64,000 nucleotides of DNA from Epiperipatus broadwayi. Taxonomy: Eukaryota > Animalia > Onychophora. The stretch covers positions 12,400,001 through 12,464,000 of the forward strand of contig JAQFVV010000005.1 in assembly GCA_028023455.1 (NCBI GenBank), given 5' to 3'. The notes beneath the pieces were generated by a model, which saw only the letters and a list, made by a program, of their open reading frames with translations, made no database searches and had not been told where the DNA came from. The first letter of the stretch is position 1; every line of letters begins with the position of its first letter. Below are positions 24,693-36,639 of this stretch, one piece after another. The translations under genes and the position numbers were made by a program.

Positions 24693-26278
24693 TATTGGCT
24701 GAGTAGGCATTAGATGGGGATTTTATGCACATGCCTTCTGGCATCCATTGATTACTCTAGCTTGCTGGGTGTGGCAATACGTATAGTGAGTTTTGCCTGT
24801 TTTAATAATTTATATTTTTGCATGTGTTTGGATGCAGAATGTATTGTTGAAAAAGCAATGAATTTAAGAATGAGAAACTAAACATTGAATTTTTAATCTA
24901 ATTTAATAACAATATGAGAGAGTGCTATTAATAACAAGGAAAAAATGATCTCATGCTTTTTTAAAAATATAAAACTAATAATTTTAGATGGCAGCAATAT
25001 TCCATATATAACAGTGTTTTATTATATATTTGTATTAAGTTATAAAATTGTTTAATTTGCTTCTTTCAATTTCAGTTTTTAATCTTTCTGTTTTTTCTTT
25101 AAAAATTGGTTTTATACATAATTTTGTATTGAAATGAATTGTAAATTGAATGTTCAAAATAAGATAATTTGTCACACATGCTCATTTTGGAATTTTGTAA
25201 GAAAATCAAGGATCCATCCTTTAACTTCAGTGAACATCAAAGTTTAACTGTTACAATAAAAGAACAATGGTTTAAATGTATTTAGCACATGGATAAGAGA
25301 ACTATGCATTTGTAAGATGATAGAATTTTTCCCATCATTTTTTTTATAATTATTATTAAATTTTAAAAAATAAAATATTTTATACTAAAACGAAAATCAA
25401 TCATATATGTAATTGCCCCTTGTATTTTATTGATGAATTAATATAAAAAATATATATTCATATGTGACAGTTTGATATGTATTACACATTTGGATCAATT
25501 TTTTTAATAGCCTATAATAAATTTTGGATTTTTTTGTACACATAGATATACATTTTTTTATTCATGTCCTGTGATCTTATTAATCTTGAAATTATCAAAA
25601 TCTAAATTCAGGAATTAAAATTCATAATTCATGATAAATATACTATTTATTCCCCTATCAGGAATGTTTAAATGGGACACCACTAATTGCTATAGTTTGT
25701 TGTTTTTTATACTGGCATAACAGATATTAATTATGTTTCAGGTTAATGTGCATCCATTAAAAAATTAGCAAATACTGCTTACAATAGATGCATAATGGTT
25801 TCTCAGTCACATTATCATCAGATCTTCAATTTTTCAAAAATTTGTCTTTTCTCTTGAATACCCATAAGAACAGTGAAACCATTGATGGAAACAGTTCAAA
25901 GTACTCACCATTTGATTACATATTTCAAATAAATTTTTCATCAAGAAATGATTTCATGATACCAGTTCAGTCTAACTAATCCAACAGTTTAGAAAATAAA
26001 AGATTTAATATTTCCAAGTTATGATTGACCATATTTACATCTTGTATTATGAGAAGAATCATTTTTATGTTCAACAATATAAAGTACAAGTTTGACGACA
26101 ATATCAAATGTTTTCTCTGCTAAAAATCTCCTGGTGTTATTTTTAATTTTTTTACTTTACTATTGTAAACATCCCTGTTCTTATTTAGTCTGAGTTATTA
26201 AAATTGGAGACTTAAAACAGCTGTTAAACAATGTCCTTTGCTTTCATGTTTATTGATTTTTTTTTTTGTTTTGTTTAG

Positions 26279-26375
26279 GTTGGCAGTGATAATCATTTGA
26301 AGAATTCCATTTTTAAAAGTTATGTGGATCATTGTGATTGGATGCAGAAAAGAAGCTGCGCAACTTCCATCCAAT
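26279..26375 (+). CDS. Candidate 97-nt internal exon, product unknown
   Basis: Long polypyrimidine tract ending TTTAG| and donor |GTAAGT. One frame is open (VGSDNHLKNSIFKSYVDHCDWMQKRSCATSIQ). Could be a UTR exon of the downstream ZF locus. No motif recognised. Confidence 0.35.
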
Positions 26376-26384
26376 GTAAGTCAC

Positions 26385-27385
26385 ATCTGCATCTTTTGAG
26401 TGATCTCTGATTGATTGTTAGTCATTTTGATCACTAATAAAAACAAATATGATGACCCTAAGTACATATTCATGGCTTAGTGACTATAATCTTCACTGAA
26501 GCTTATTCTTATTCATTGTTGCATTTCTCTAGAAACTGCTAAATGAACTAAGTACTATCTTTTGTGAATGCCATATGTTTATTCTATTAATCGTTTATTA
26601 TTTAAATTTTCAATGATGTGTTTACTTCTATACCATACCATCTACTTAAATAGTAATTAGACATTTTTCACTTATTGATTCTGTGTATTAATTAGTAAAT
26701 CTAATATTACATTTATAGATTTAATGAAATATACATTTTGGGGGGAAAAAGTACATTCAAGATATTGGATTAATATTTAAAAAGATTCTGGGAATTCACA
26801 TTATTTGCAATTGTTTGATAAAATAAATTAACCTTTATAATTTCATATAAGGAACAGTACTTTAGTACTTGATGTATCAGTAGTGTTTATTGCCTTTAGT
26901 TTTTATTGGACAGTGGTACTCATTCAGAATACTTGGACCATTGTGAAGCAATTACCTAACTTGTTTGCAGAATGTCAGCATGACCATTGATTATCTGTAT
27001 TTCTTGTGTAATCTGTGATTGTTTACTATTCATTGTGATCACTAACAAAACAATGTTGAGGCTTTACTAAATTTTAAAGATAATTCTTATTGGTTGTTGT
27101 GTTTCTTTAGAAATAATAAAATTAATGTGAACTATCCTTTATAAATACATGTTTGGTTATTGCTGTTAATCATGCATTATATTGCTTTTCAATGGTCTCT
27201 TCTATACATACTACTGGAATAATAACTGGAAGCTTCCAGATATTGTGTTTGTGCATTGAAATAAATATGAAATATAGAATGTATGAATTCACATCACATG
27301 GAATTGTTTAATAAAAGAATGAATCTTCATAATTTCATAAAAGAAAAAGTATTTTAGTACTTGATGTGCTGATGGTATTTGCGAG
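26385..27385. repeat. Old imperfect tandem duplication
   Basis: Colinear shared blocks: TGATCACTAA.AAAAC, TTATTCTTATT, TTTCT.TAGAAA, GAATTCACAT, ATAATTTCATA, TTTAGTACTTGATGT. Confidence 0.6.
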
Positions 27386-27974
27386 GCTATAATTATTTAA
27401 TTAATTGAAAATCTCTACATTGCTTAATCAAGCTTGTTTTTAAATTATAAATGTATGTTCTAAACTTGTAATATTGTTTATAAATAATGTAAAATTATTC
27501 ATTTTAAGAAACAATTTTAATTTTAATACTAATAATTGTTACTTTTGTTAAGACAAAAAATCATATCTAACTTGACTTAGATTATAATTTTAATTTTTTC
27601 CCCTATTTATTGTTAAGAATTCCTTAAATATTTACTACCAAGACTAATAATATTTAGTGTTAATGTATTTCCAGAATATCTTAATAAGCTATAAATGATG
27701 TGAATTAAAAAGCAATGAATTTTGAGACATCAATTTTTTTAAGAAATTGATAATTAATTTATAAAAGATTTTACAGAAATAAAAATCTTTTCAGCACAAT
27801 TATATTATAAAATAATGTTTTTAATAGTCTGAATAAATTAGTACTATATATAATATATATTAAGATCATCCATTGGCAATATTTTAAAATTATGTATAAC
27901 ATTTCATATAAAAAAAATATTTTTTCACATCATATAATTAATATTAGGACAATATTACTAGAAAAGAAGTTTAA

Positions 27975-29980
27975 AAATGCATGAAATAATTTACACAGAA
28001 GAAAAATTTGTGTAGGGAAATTAGTGGACTACAGCAAAAGAAAGCTTTAAAATAATACATCAAAGAACATGTGACAAGATTGAATTAAAAGACAATCTTA
28101 AAATATATAAACAAACACATACTAAAGAAAAACTTTACTAGTGTATTATGTGTGAATATAAGACTATTTATGAAAATTGTTTAAAAAAACATGAAAACTT
28201 CCATACAAATGAGAAACTTTTTCTCTGCAAATTATGTGATTATAAAACTACTGACAAAAATAATTTCAAATTACATAGAAAAAATCATACAGTGAATAAA
28301 TTTTGTTGTAATTTGTGTAATTACATAACAGACTGCAAAACACATTTTAATGTACATGAAAGAAAACCTGCAGGAGAAAAAATTTTCAAGTGTAACTTGT
28401 GTGATTATAAAGCTGCTGACAAAAGTAATTTAATAGTACATGAAGGGTGGCACATGCAAGAGAAAACATTTCTCTGTAGCTTTTGTAATTACAGAGCCAT
28501 TGGCAAACATGCTATAAAACTACATGAGAGAACACATACAGGAGAAAAACCTTTCCACTAACCATATGTGATTATAAGTCATCTATTAAAGTTTAAAAAT
28601 ACATGAAAGAGTCCATACAGGAGAAAAATGAAGATAAAAATACATGGAAGAATACATACTGGAGAAAGACATTTCCATTGGACTTTATGTGATTATACTT
28701 GTGTTCACAAAAATAGTTTGATCTTACATGAACGATGTCATAGAAAAGGAAAACTATTTCTATGTAAGTTTTGCAAGTATAAGGCTGCTGATAAAAATAG
28801 AATAAATCTACATGAAAAACCGGTCTCTTGTACATTATATAACTATAAAACTGCTAAAAGAAGTTATTTAAAAGTACATGATAGAATTCATACAACAGAA
28901 AAACCTTTTCAATGCAACTTTTGTGGTTTTTAAGACTGCCATAAAAAGTAACTTAAAAATGCATGAAACTATGCATACAGGTCAACAACCTTTTAAGTGC
29001 ATGTTTTATTATTATGAAACTCCTGGCAATGCAAAATAAAAACTACATAAAATAACGCATACAGGAGAAAAACCATTTCAGTGTTGTTATTGTGATTATG
29101 AAGCTTCTTACAAACACAGAATTAAAGAACACATACAGGAGAGAAACCTTTCCACTGGGTTTTTGTGATTATAAAACCTCTATAAAAATTAATTTAAAAA
29201 TTCATGAAAATGCACAATGCAATAAAGCTTTTTTCCTGCAACTTTTGTGATTATAGGGCTAATGACAAAAACAAAGTAAAAAATACATGAAATGTCACAT
29301 ACAGGTAACAAACCCTTTCTCTTGTAATTTGTGTAAATATAAGACTGCTAGAAAGAGTTTCTTAAAAATACATAAAAAAAACTCTTGCAACTGAAAAGCC
29401 TTATCACTGCAGTTTGAAATGCATGAAACATTCATACAGGAGAAAAACCTTTAAAGTGTAACTTGTGTGGTTACAAGACTGCTGATAAAAGAAAGTTGAA
29501 AACCCATGAACGAATACATACAGGAGAAAAGCCGCTTCAGTACAATTTTTGTAATTACCATGCTTATTATCAAAGCAGGATCAGAGCACATGAAAGTACA
29601 CACACAGGAGAAAAACCGTTCAATTATAAGACTGCAGTAAAAAATAGATTAAAACGGCATGAAAAATTACATACAGGAAAAAAACTTTCTACTGTATGTC
29701 ATGCAATTACAAGTCATTTGATCAAAAAAATTTTAAAATGCATTAAAGCAGTCTTGATGAAAAATCTTTGCATAAAAGTTTCTGTGGTTTTAAGAATAAA
29801 ATAAAAAGCACATTAGCCATACATTTAAAAAGTCATAATGGAGAAAAATGTTATTGCTGTAGCTTGTGTGATTACAAGATTTCTGAACTAAAAACTTTAA
29901 AAGCACATGAAATAACTCACATTCAAACACTTAACAAAATGGAGGATTGTAGCACAGATTCTCTCCAAGTCCATTGATAA
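27975..29980 (+). pseudogene. Decayed tandem C2H2 zinc-finger array (roughly 20-24 finger remnants)
   Basis: Repeated CxxCDYKT.....LK.HE..HTGEKPF units at ~84-bp spacing, with many stops, frameshifts and lost Cys/His ligands. No intron visible inside the array. Confidence 0.9.
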
Positions 29981-30809
29981 AACTTAAAGAATATACTCAT
30001 ATAAAGCAATCCTCTTTGAAGTTGAATATAAACTAACAAAATTTGTGCAAAAATTTCCCAGGTTTTAAATGCCATTTGTGTGATTATGAGGACATAGAGA
30101 AAAGTGTGTTGGAAAATCATGAAGTGAATCATTTCATAGATTATGTCACTTTCGAGATAATCATACGATTAACTTGATAAAATTTTCTGACAAATTTTGA
30201 AATGAATCAACACAATTTCTTAATGTTTATCAAATAAAAAACTAATCTGTCTATAGTCATTTGAATCAATGTTAAGAAAAATAAATATAAAAATTAGAAG
30301 AATTTTAGACTGAAATATTATTTTCTTAATGCAATGCCAGTTTACTCGTGTAATGGAATGACAGTGATTTTCAGCAATCACCATGCAACAAAGAAATTTA
30401 GTTTATGATGTTTCAGCAGATGTATATTAATAAAGAAATAATTGTCTTTTATTTGAAATGTGAATATAGATTTACAAATTATGAGTTATTTTATAATTGC
30501 AAACTGTTGTTAGCTAATTAAAATGTTTAGAACATTTCTCAAATTGAATAATAGTAAAAATGTCCAGAATTGAAATAATTAATGCTAAACAATAGACTTA
30601 TTGACATTAGAACTCAAAAAATAAAATAGCCATTGTGACTGAAAACCTTGCAGAATCAAATTGTGGAAAGGGCAAATATAATCATTTAGTTTTCTTGATA
30701 TGTTCAATAAACAAGTCTGTTAAGCTAACATTTGCTATCAATATACATGTGTTTAATAATTAATGTAAAAAAATATTAACATAATTGTTATTGACTATTT
30801 ATAGGCTTT

Positions 30810-31170
30810 GCTTTAAGTCTTAAATGATGTTATACTGCTAAGAAAACTAATATATGGTTTGGCTGAAGCTATTTGAGTTAGATAACTGGGTTTGAAGGCA
30901 TTTAAATGTCTGAAAATTTTAGATTTTCTATTCTATAGTTAACTCTTAGATACTGGCTTTGGGTTGGTATTTTTAGATCTAGTGTCTGAAACTATCCTAG
31001 CACCTCTCTGAGGAGTGCCAAAGTATGAAACCATTAGTCAGGGGTTGGGAGGGGGGGTTCTTGACCAAGATATTTTAAATGCTTTCTCTGGCTAAGCATT
31101 TATCACAAAGCTCTTTGTTTATATTTTACAAGCTTAAAAGAAATTGAGTCATGTGATATGACTATTTTTA
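30810..31170 (+). mobile_element. HHR family B, diverged single-orientation copy
   Basis: Homologous to the 57170-57711 element (GTTTGAAG.CAT.TAA.TGTCTGAA, AGCATTTATCA.AAA, ACAAGCT, GTCATGTGATAT). Possible degenerate TSD 30794-30809 / 31171-31187. Confidence 0.75.
31002..31045 (+). ncRNA. Type I hammerhead (CUGAGGA core)
   Basis: ACCTCT CTGAGGA GTGC CAAA GTAT GAA AC CATTA GT C AGGGGT: 6-bp stem I, 4-bp stem II with wobbles, 2-bp stem III, GUC triplet. Confidence 0.75.
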
Positions 31171-31208
31171 ACTATTACATAGTCTTTCAATTCGCAGAAG
31201 TATATATA

Positions 31209-32701
31209 TATATATTATAGTTATCACTGAGCATACATGTCTGATATAGCAAGCATGTATTGAATTCTTAAAATTTATTTAAAATTAGTTTAAATTTAAA
31301 GTATCATTATTTTTTGAATGTGTATTGGGTGTGTGTGGTTGGAAGACATAAAAGCATTTTACTTGGTGGTGAATAAACAAATAAAAATATGAAAAAACTT
31401 AACTTTAATCGATGTAAGATGATTTAAATTAAGAACAAAAAATTAATTAATTAAATTTTTGTAGAAAAAGAAAATTAATTTGATCAGACTTGTTGTTAAC
31501 AAAATTGAATTTACAAACACTAATTTAAAAATAAGATATCTCAATTTATTATTGAAGTTTAATTACAGATCTATTGCATATTTGTAATTTGAAAAAAATG
31601 TGAAATTGTTAAGAGAGAGAATAAAAAGTCACTTTTTTTCATTAATTATTCTGGACAAGAGAGTTTATCTCTGATTCTTGGAAAAGCACAGAAGACACCC
31701 TTTAGCTAACATGGAGGAAATATATACCACTGTTTCTACAATTATGCTGCTGTAAAATATAGAATATTAATCATCCTTGCCAGAAACGTAACATTTGCTT
31801 TATGGAATCCAAGGATTATTTGTTGATACAGTCAGAAAATATGCAGTGCTAATTACAAAAGTGTGCTGACTCACCATAATTTATGTAAATTTCTTCTGGA
31901 AACTTTTTGAGTTTGAACTTCTATGCTTAACCCAGGATTAACTAAAAATACCAATGGAAAATTTGTGCCTCTATATCATCTTGAAAAAAGGATAATTTGA
32001 AAAAAAAACTAGTTGAACAAAAAGCATAATTTTTATACCATTCTGATCAGTAATGGAAGTACTAAAAATAAAAAGACCATAGTAAGAATATTCATTTTGA
32101 AACTTTAAAAAAAAATTATATTGAATAGATGATCTTAATTCAGTGCAATCTGATTTTTTTATTAGAATATATTTTGTATGTATTAGTTGCTATTTATTTT
32201 TAGTTATTCAACTTCTTAATATGCTTAATTAGTGTAAATGCATTCTATAGTAATTATTTTTAACTTTGTGTGTGCTTACATGTGTAAATTGATTTTAATT
32301 GTTGAATAAATAATTATTAATTTTAAAAATTCAAGTTGTCTGTGCCATTTTATTTCATAGCTTGCATTTAAAATATTCACTTTAGCACTTATCAGTTCCA
32401 TGTTTATCAGAGAAAAATATATAACTTAATGGGAAAGAGTGTTTAACCCCTGAGCAAAATGCCAGAATGTTCTGTGAATAGAGGAATCATAGTATTTGGA
32501 ATTGACTTATTCAGCCAAATAGTTAAAAGAATAAATTTAATTATTGCAGAGTGGTAAATTTCAAATCATTAATGTGGATTTTGGGGAGGTCATTTGGAAA
32601 TATAATGTTCAATCATCACCATGTTTTATTTTACATATGACTCTATAAAATTTACAATGATTAGTCATATTTAAAGATTGTCCCTCAAGGTTACTGGTAC
32701 A
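31209..32701 (+). repeat. 5' LTR of the Gypsy element
   Basis: Colinear with 40157-41460 plus 42771-42941 (e.g. GCATACATG.CTGATATAGCAAGCATGTATTGAATT). Start is embedded in (TA)n. Confidence 0.8.
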
Positions 32702-35029
32702 ATAAAATGACATCCCAAATAAGGCACAATTAATCCTTTTTACTTGAGGATTCGGGACAAAAATGACTTCCTAATATGTGACTTGATAATATATATTATA
32801 TAGAAATATTTATGAACTATTTTGAAAAGAAGAACTGTGTGCTTAATATATTAAATTATAATATATACTGTAATGCTAGTGAGATATGTGCTATGAAACA
32901 AACATATATACTAGCGTTACATATTTATAATTTAAAAATAAATGATTAAATTATTAATAGAAACAAAAATGAAAAAAAAAGTAATATATTTTAGTTCTGG
33001 GGATGCAAACTTTGTAAAATAAAAAGATTGCATTATATTTTTTTTTAAAAGGGAATAAAGCTATTTATTAAAAGCAAGTGGGGGAAAGAATTAGAAAAAC
33101 TCTTCTTTTTTAAAAAAAACCTCTCCTTTTATAATATAAAAATAAGTAAATAGAGAAAATTAGAATAAAATTTGTTTGTAAAAGAAAACTTTTGAAAATG
33201 CAATTAGTTTAAAAGATTACTGATTGAATTAATTAAAAGAAAAAACGTAAACTATCTCATAAAAGCGATAATAGATTATTCTAAGAACAGATTAGATAAT
33301 GAAAATGTAAAAATCAATTAGATTAAGGAAATGTAAAAATTAAGTAATTAAAAACAAACTTGTTTGACCAAAATTAAAAATAATAAAACAATGGGAAAGG
33401 AAAAAGTATAAAAAGTCGCAACTCTATTATTATTAGTCTGGTCTTCAATCTGTAAATCAGTCCACTCTTCAACCTGTTAGATTACTCTGCTTTTGAGTCT
33501 GTAAATGATTCTGGCCTTATTTTTGTGATTCGGTTTGGATTATTATTATTCAGTTCTGACAAAATGCAGACTCAAAGTTTTTCATTGAGAATCCAAACAA
33601 CCTGAGATCCAGATATTCAGAAACTGTAAATGCAGTAGTAAGCCAGTCAATTACTGCTGCAGTCAACGTCAATGAAAAAGCCATAGATCAGTCATTGTTC
33701 GAAAATTTCAGGCCCCAATGACCTGTTAAAATCAACTGTACTCACCTGGAGCCAATGCCTGGAACAAATGCCTAAGCTCTAAAGGAGATGCTGGTACATT
33801 TATCTCTCTCCCATTGTCGAGCCAAAGAAATAGAGACAAGTCCTGGAACCATTGAAGAAACCAAAAGGCCAACCGATTGGAAATACACACAATTGAAAAC
33901 CTAGGTAAAGATATTTTGAATAACTAAATAAATGCTTGATTTTATAGATGCTTGATTTTAAATGAAATGAACTTTAATGAAGGACTATTATAACTATAGC
34001 CTAAAATCATCATTTATATTTTCTTATATAAAAATTTATTGTTATATTATGTAAAGTATATGTGTGTGCTTGAATAAATATTAATGTTGTTTAATTGTTA
34101 TTTGGTCTATTCTTTCTCTCTCTTGTCACTGCATCACCAATAATTTAAGTGTATAGTTATTTTTTGTGTTAAATGAATGTGCTGGACCCTGGTTTAAAAG
34201 TATAAGCTAGCTTGGGATATTTCAAGTGCTGGAATGTGCACCTGTCATCCTTAGCATGCTGGCTGTATAATATGATTGGTTGGTGCCTGAGTTTGATCCT
34301 CAAACCAAATAAAATGCTTTCGATGGTATGATTTGAATCCAGCAGTCAAGGCGAGCCACAGTCTGGAAATGTGATCATGTTATGCTTGCATAGCCCGATC
34401 TGGCCATGGGAATCATTGATGGCTATGCTATCAATGGTATTCTTCTTCATGCTTTAAGGGCTGGTCCATTCCTGTAGTATTAAAGTAAATGTTAAACTTA
34501 TTAACATTTAGATTCCAAAAGTTATTATAAAAGTTATTTAAACCCATTTCAGGGGACCTGATTCAATATATATAAGAGCATACTCTGAGAAAACTAAATA
34601 TTAAAAAGTGATTAAATTTTAGTGAATATATATATATTACTACATTATAGTTTTATTAGTTATACATCAATGCTATTACCATAAATATATGACCAAATAA
34701 TATATATATAATTTATTAAAATAAATAATTTGAAGTATGAAATATTATCATTTGAAATGTAAGTTGAGACTGACACTTGAATTTATTATAAGAACTGGTT
34801 AGTGAGCTCTAACATTAAGAGCATACAAGTTAGAAGATTGAATAGGCTAAAACCCAAATCAGCATAAATGTGTGAGTTCAGGCAAGTTCAAATATTTATG
34901 AAGAGGTTATGATAAAGCTTTTTGCACTAAACTATATTTTAAATTTTTTAATAGTAATAGATATTGTATTTTTAATTCCCTGCATAAGTCAAATAAATAG
35001 TAACAATAGACATATAAATTAGATAATCA

Positions 35030-36480
35030 CCAGATCAATGAAGAAAAATAAGGAAAAAGGATCAAACATAGACAAGTCAGTGATACAAGAAGCAGAACAT
35101 ACAACAGAGTTGGAACTGGAACAAACAAAACTTAAATCTGTTGAAGAAATACCACTCAGTAATGACATAAAAATGTTGTGTGATTTTATTAAAGAAAGCC
35201 AACAATAAAAGAATAAAATGCTTAATGATTGGTAACAACAAAAAATGATATTAAGTTTGAGAAAACACTACAAATGATTAGGGGAGTCTGTGAATAAATA
35301 AGGGAAAAGTAATCATTGGATAGAAAGATCTCTGAAAAATATGAGGGAAAATTTAGTCAACTGAGAGAAAAGCAAGAAAAGTATAATGAAAAAACGTAAA
35401 GATAAATGTGCAAATGATAAAGAATGAGAAATCAATAAATGAAATACAAAAAATGTAGAAGAGATAACTGGGAAGTTAAAGGATATAAAAATTGATTGTG
35501 AAAAAGCAATATGTAAGAGTCATCAAGTGAATAAAGAACAAACAAAGGAAATTAAAGCAAATATAATACATCGGCTTGATTAAAATGGAATATAAACAAG
35601 TAAAGATAAAAGAGAGAATGAAGACCATGAAGTCAGCAAATCTAGAATTAAACAATCATAAAGTGATTATAAAGAAAATAAGGAAATAGAATCAAAAATC
35701 ACAGAGATTAAACATGGTAATTTTGAAGAAATTAGCCCCACTATAAACCAATTTTTAAAAATTGGTCTGTAGAACATCTATATGGGTTAGAAAGATATTT
35801 TAAACTAAATGTGATATCTGAAGAATGTAAGTTAGCCATCACATATAACCACTAACAGAATGATGCTCTAGCATGGTGGGATTCTCTATTTGACAAACCA
35901 AATACATTTCAAAAATATGAAGAGGTCTTGGTAAATAACTTCTAGACAGAAAAGAGACAAAAGTGTGTCCAATACCAGATAATGCAGAAAATTTTCATGG
36001 AGGTGAAAGCTAGTCTGCTTTTTCGAATACAGATAGCCAAGGTAAGAACACTAGATGCTCACAGAATGACTGAGAGTCAGATTGTACAAATAGTGCATCA
36101 TAACCTGTCTTTCAAAATTGAATAAACCATCATAAGTACAGATATAAAGACCATACAGCAAGTAGCTGAACTCCTAAATGCTCTGGATACAAGTAGGCAT
36201 GACCAGTCTAGTAGGCAATCTGATAAAACTTATAACCAAGCCTATATCAATGTTCTAGAATTTGAAAATAGTGAATATAAGCAAAATAAAAACAAATCAT
36301 GGCATTCTTAAAAAAGATTGTCAAGAGAAGATCAAAAACAAAATAAAGGTCTAGTTTGAACTGGAAGCAAAACTAGAATTAAAGAAAGTTATGAAGCATC
36401 AACCAAATATGTATCATCTATGGCTGGGTGTAGTTATGTCCTTGCTATTAAGTCAAAAAAGGAAGGATAATGAAAACTGA
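35030..36480 (+). pseudogene. Probable gag remnant
   Basis: A-rich, coiled-coil-like decayed reading upstream of the protease. Assignment is mostly positional. Confidence 0.4.
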
Positions 36481-36639
36481 TCTCAATAAGTGGTTTTTCA
36501 TCTAGAGGCTCAGAAATATAAGAGGGTCAATAAAACAGATTATTAAATCAATATTAAACTTGACATAACCCTGGGAGGATTGTGTGCCTTTCTATGTAAT
36601 CTAGAATTGTCCAAAAATTAATTTCAATTTTGGAAGTTG

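Larger units (their letters stand above)
24015..24808. mobile_element. HHR family A, longest fold-back (arms ~335 bp, spacer ~117 nt)
   Basis: Arms 24015-24352 and 24470-24804. The sense run 24351-24808 is one complete unit that starts and ends at the same TAATAA/TAACAG point. No clear TSD. Confidence 0.95.

Noticed and set aside
17241-25825. Isolated CTGANGA heptamers (e.g. 17241, 20245, 21237, 25815 minus; also 5487 and 62030)
   Set aside because: None is followed by a paired stem II plus GAAA plus stem III/NUH.
32707-32726. Possible tRNA-Lys primer-binding site TGACATCCCAAATAAGGCAC after the 5' LTR
   Set aside because: Too many mismatches to TGGCGCCCGAACAGGGAC to support a call.
34190-34480. 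GC-richer block in the Gypsy leader considered as a 7SL or other structured ncRNA
   Set aside because: No match to SRP Alu/S-domain motifs that could be verified by eye; most simply part of the retrotransposon 5' leader.
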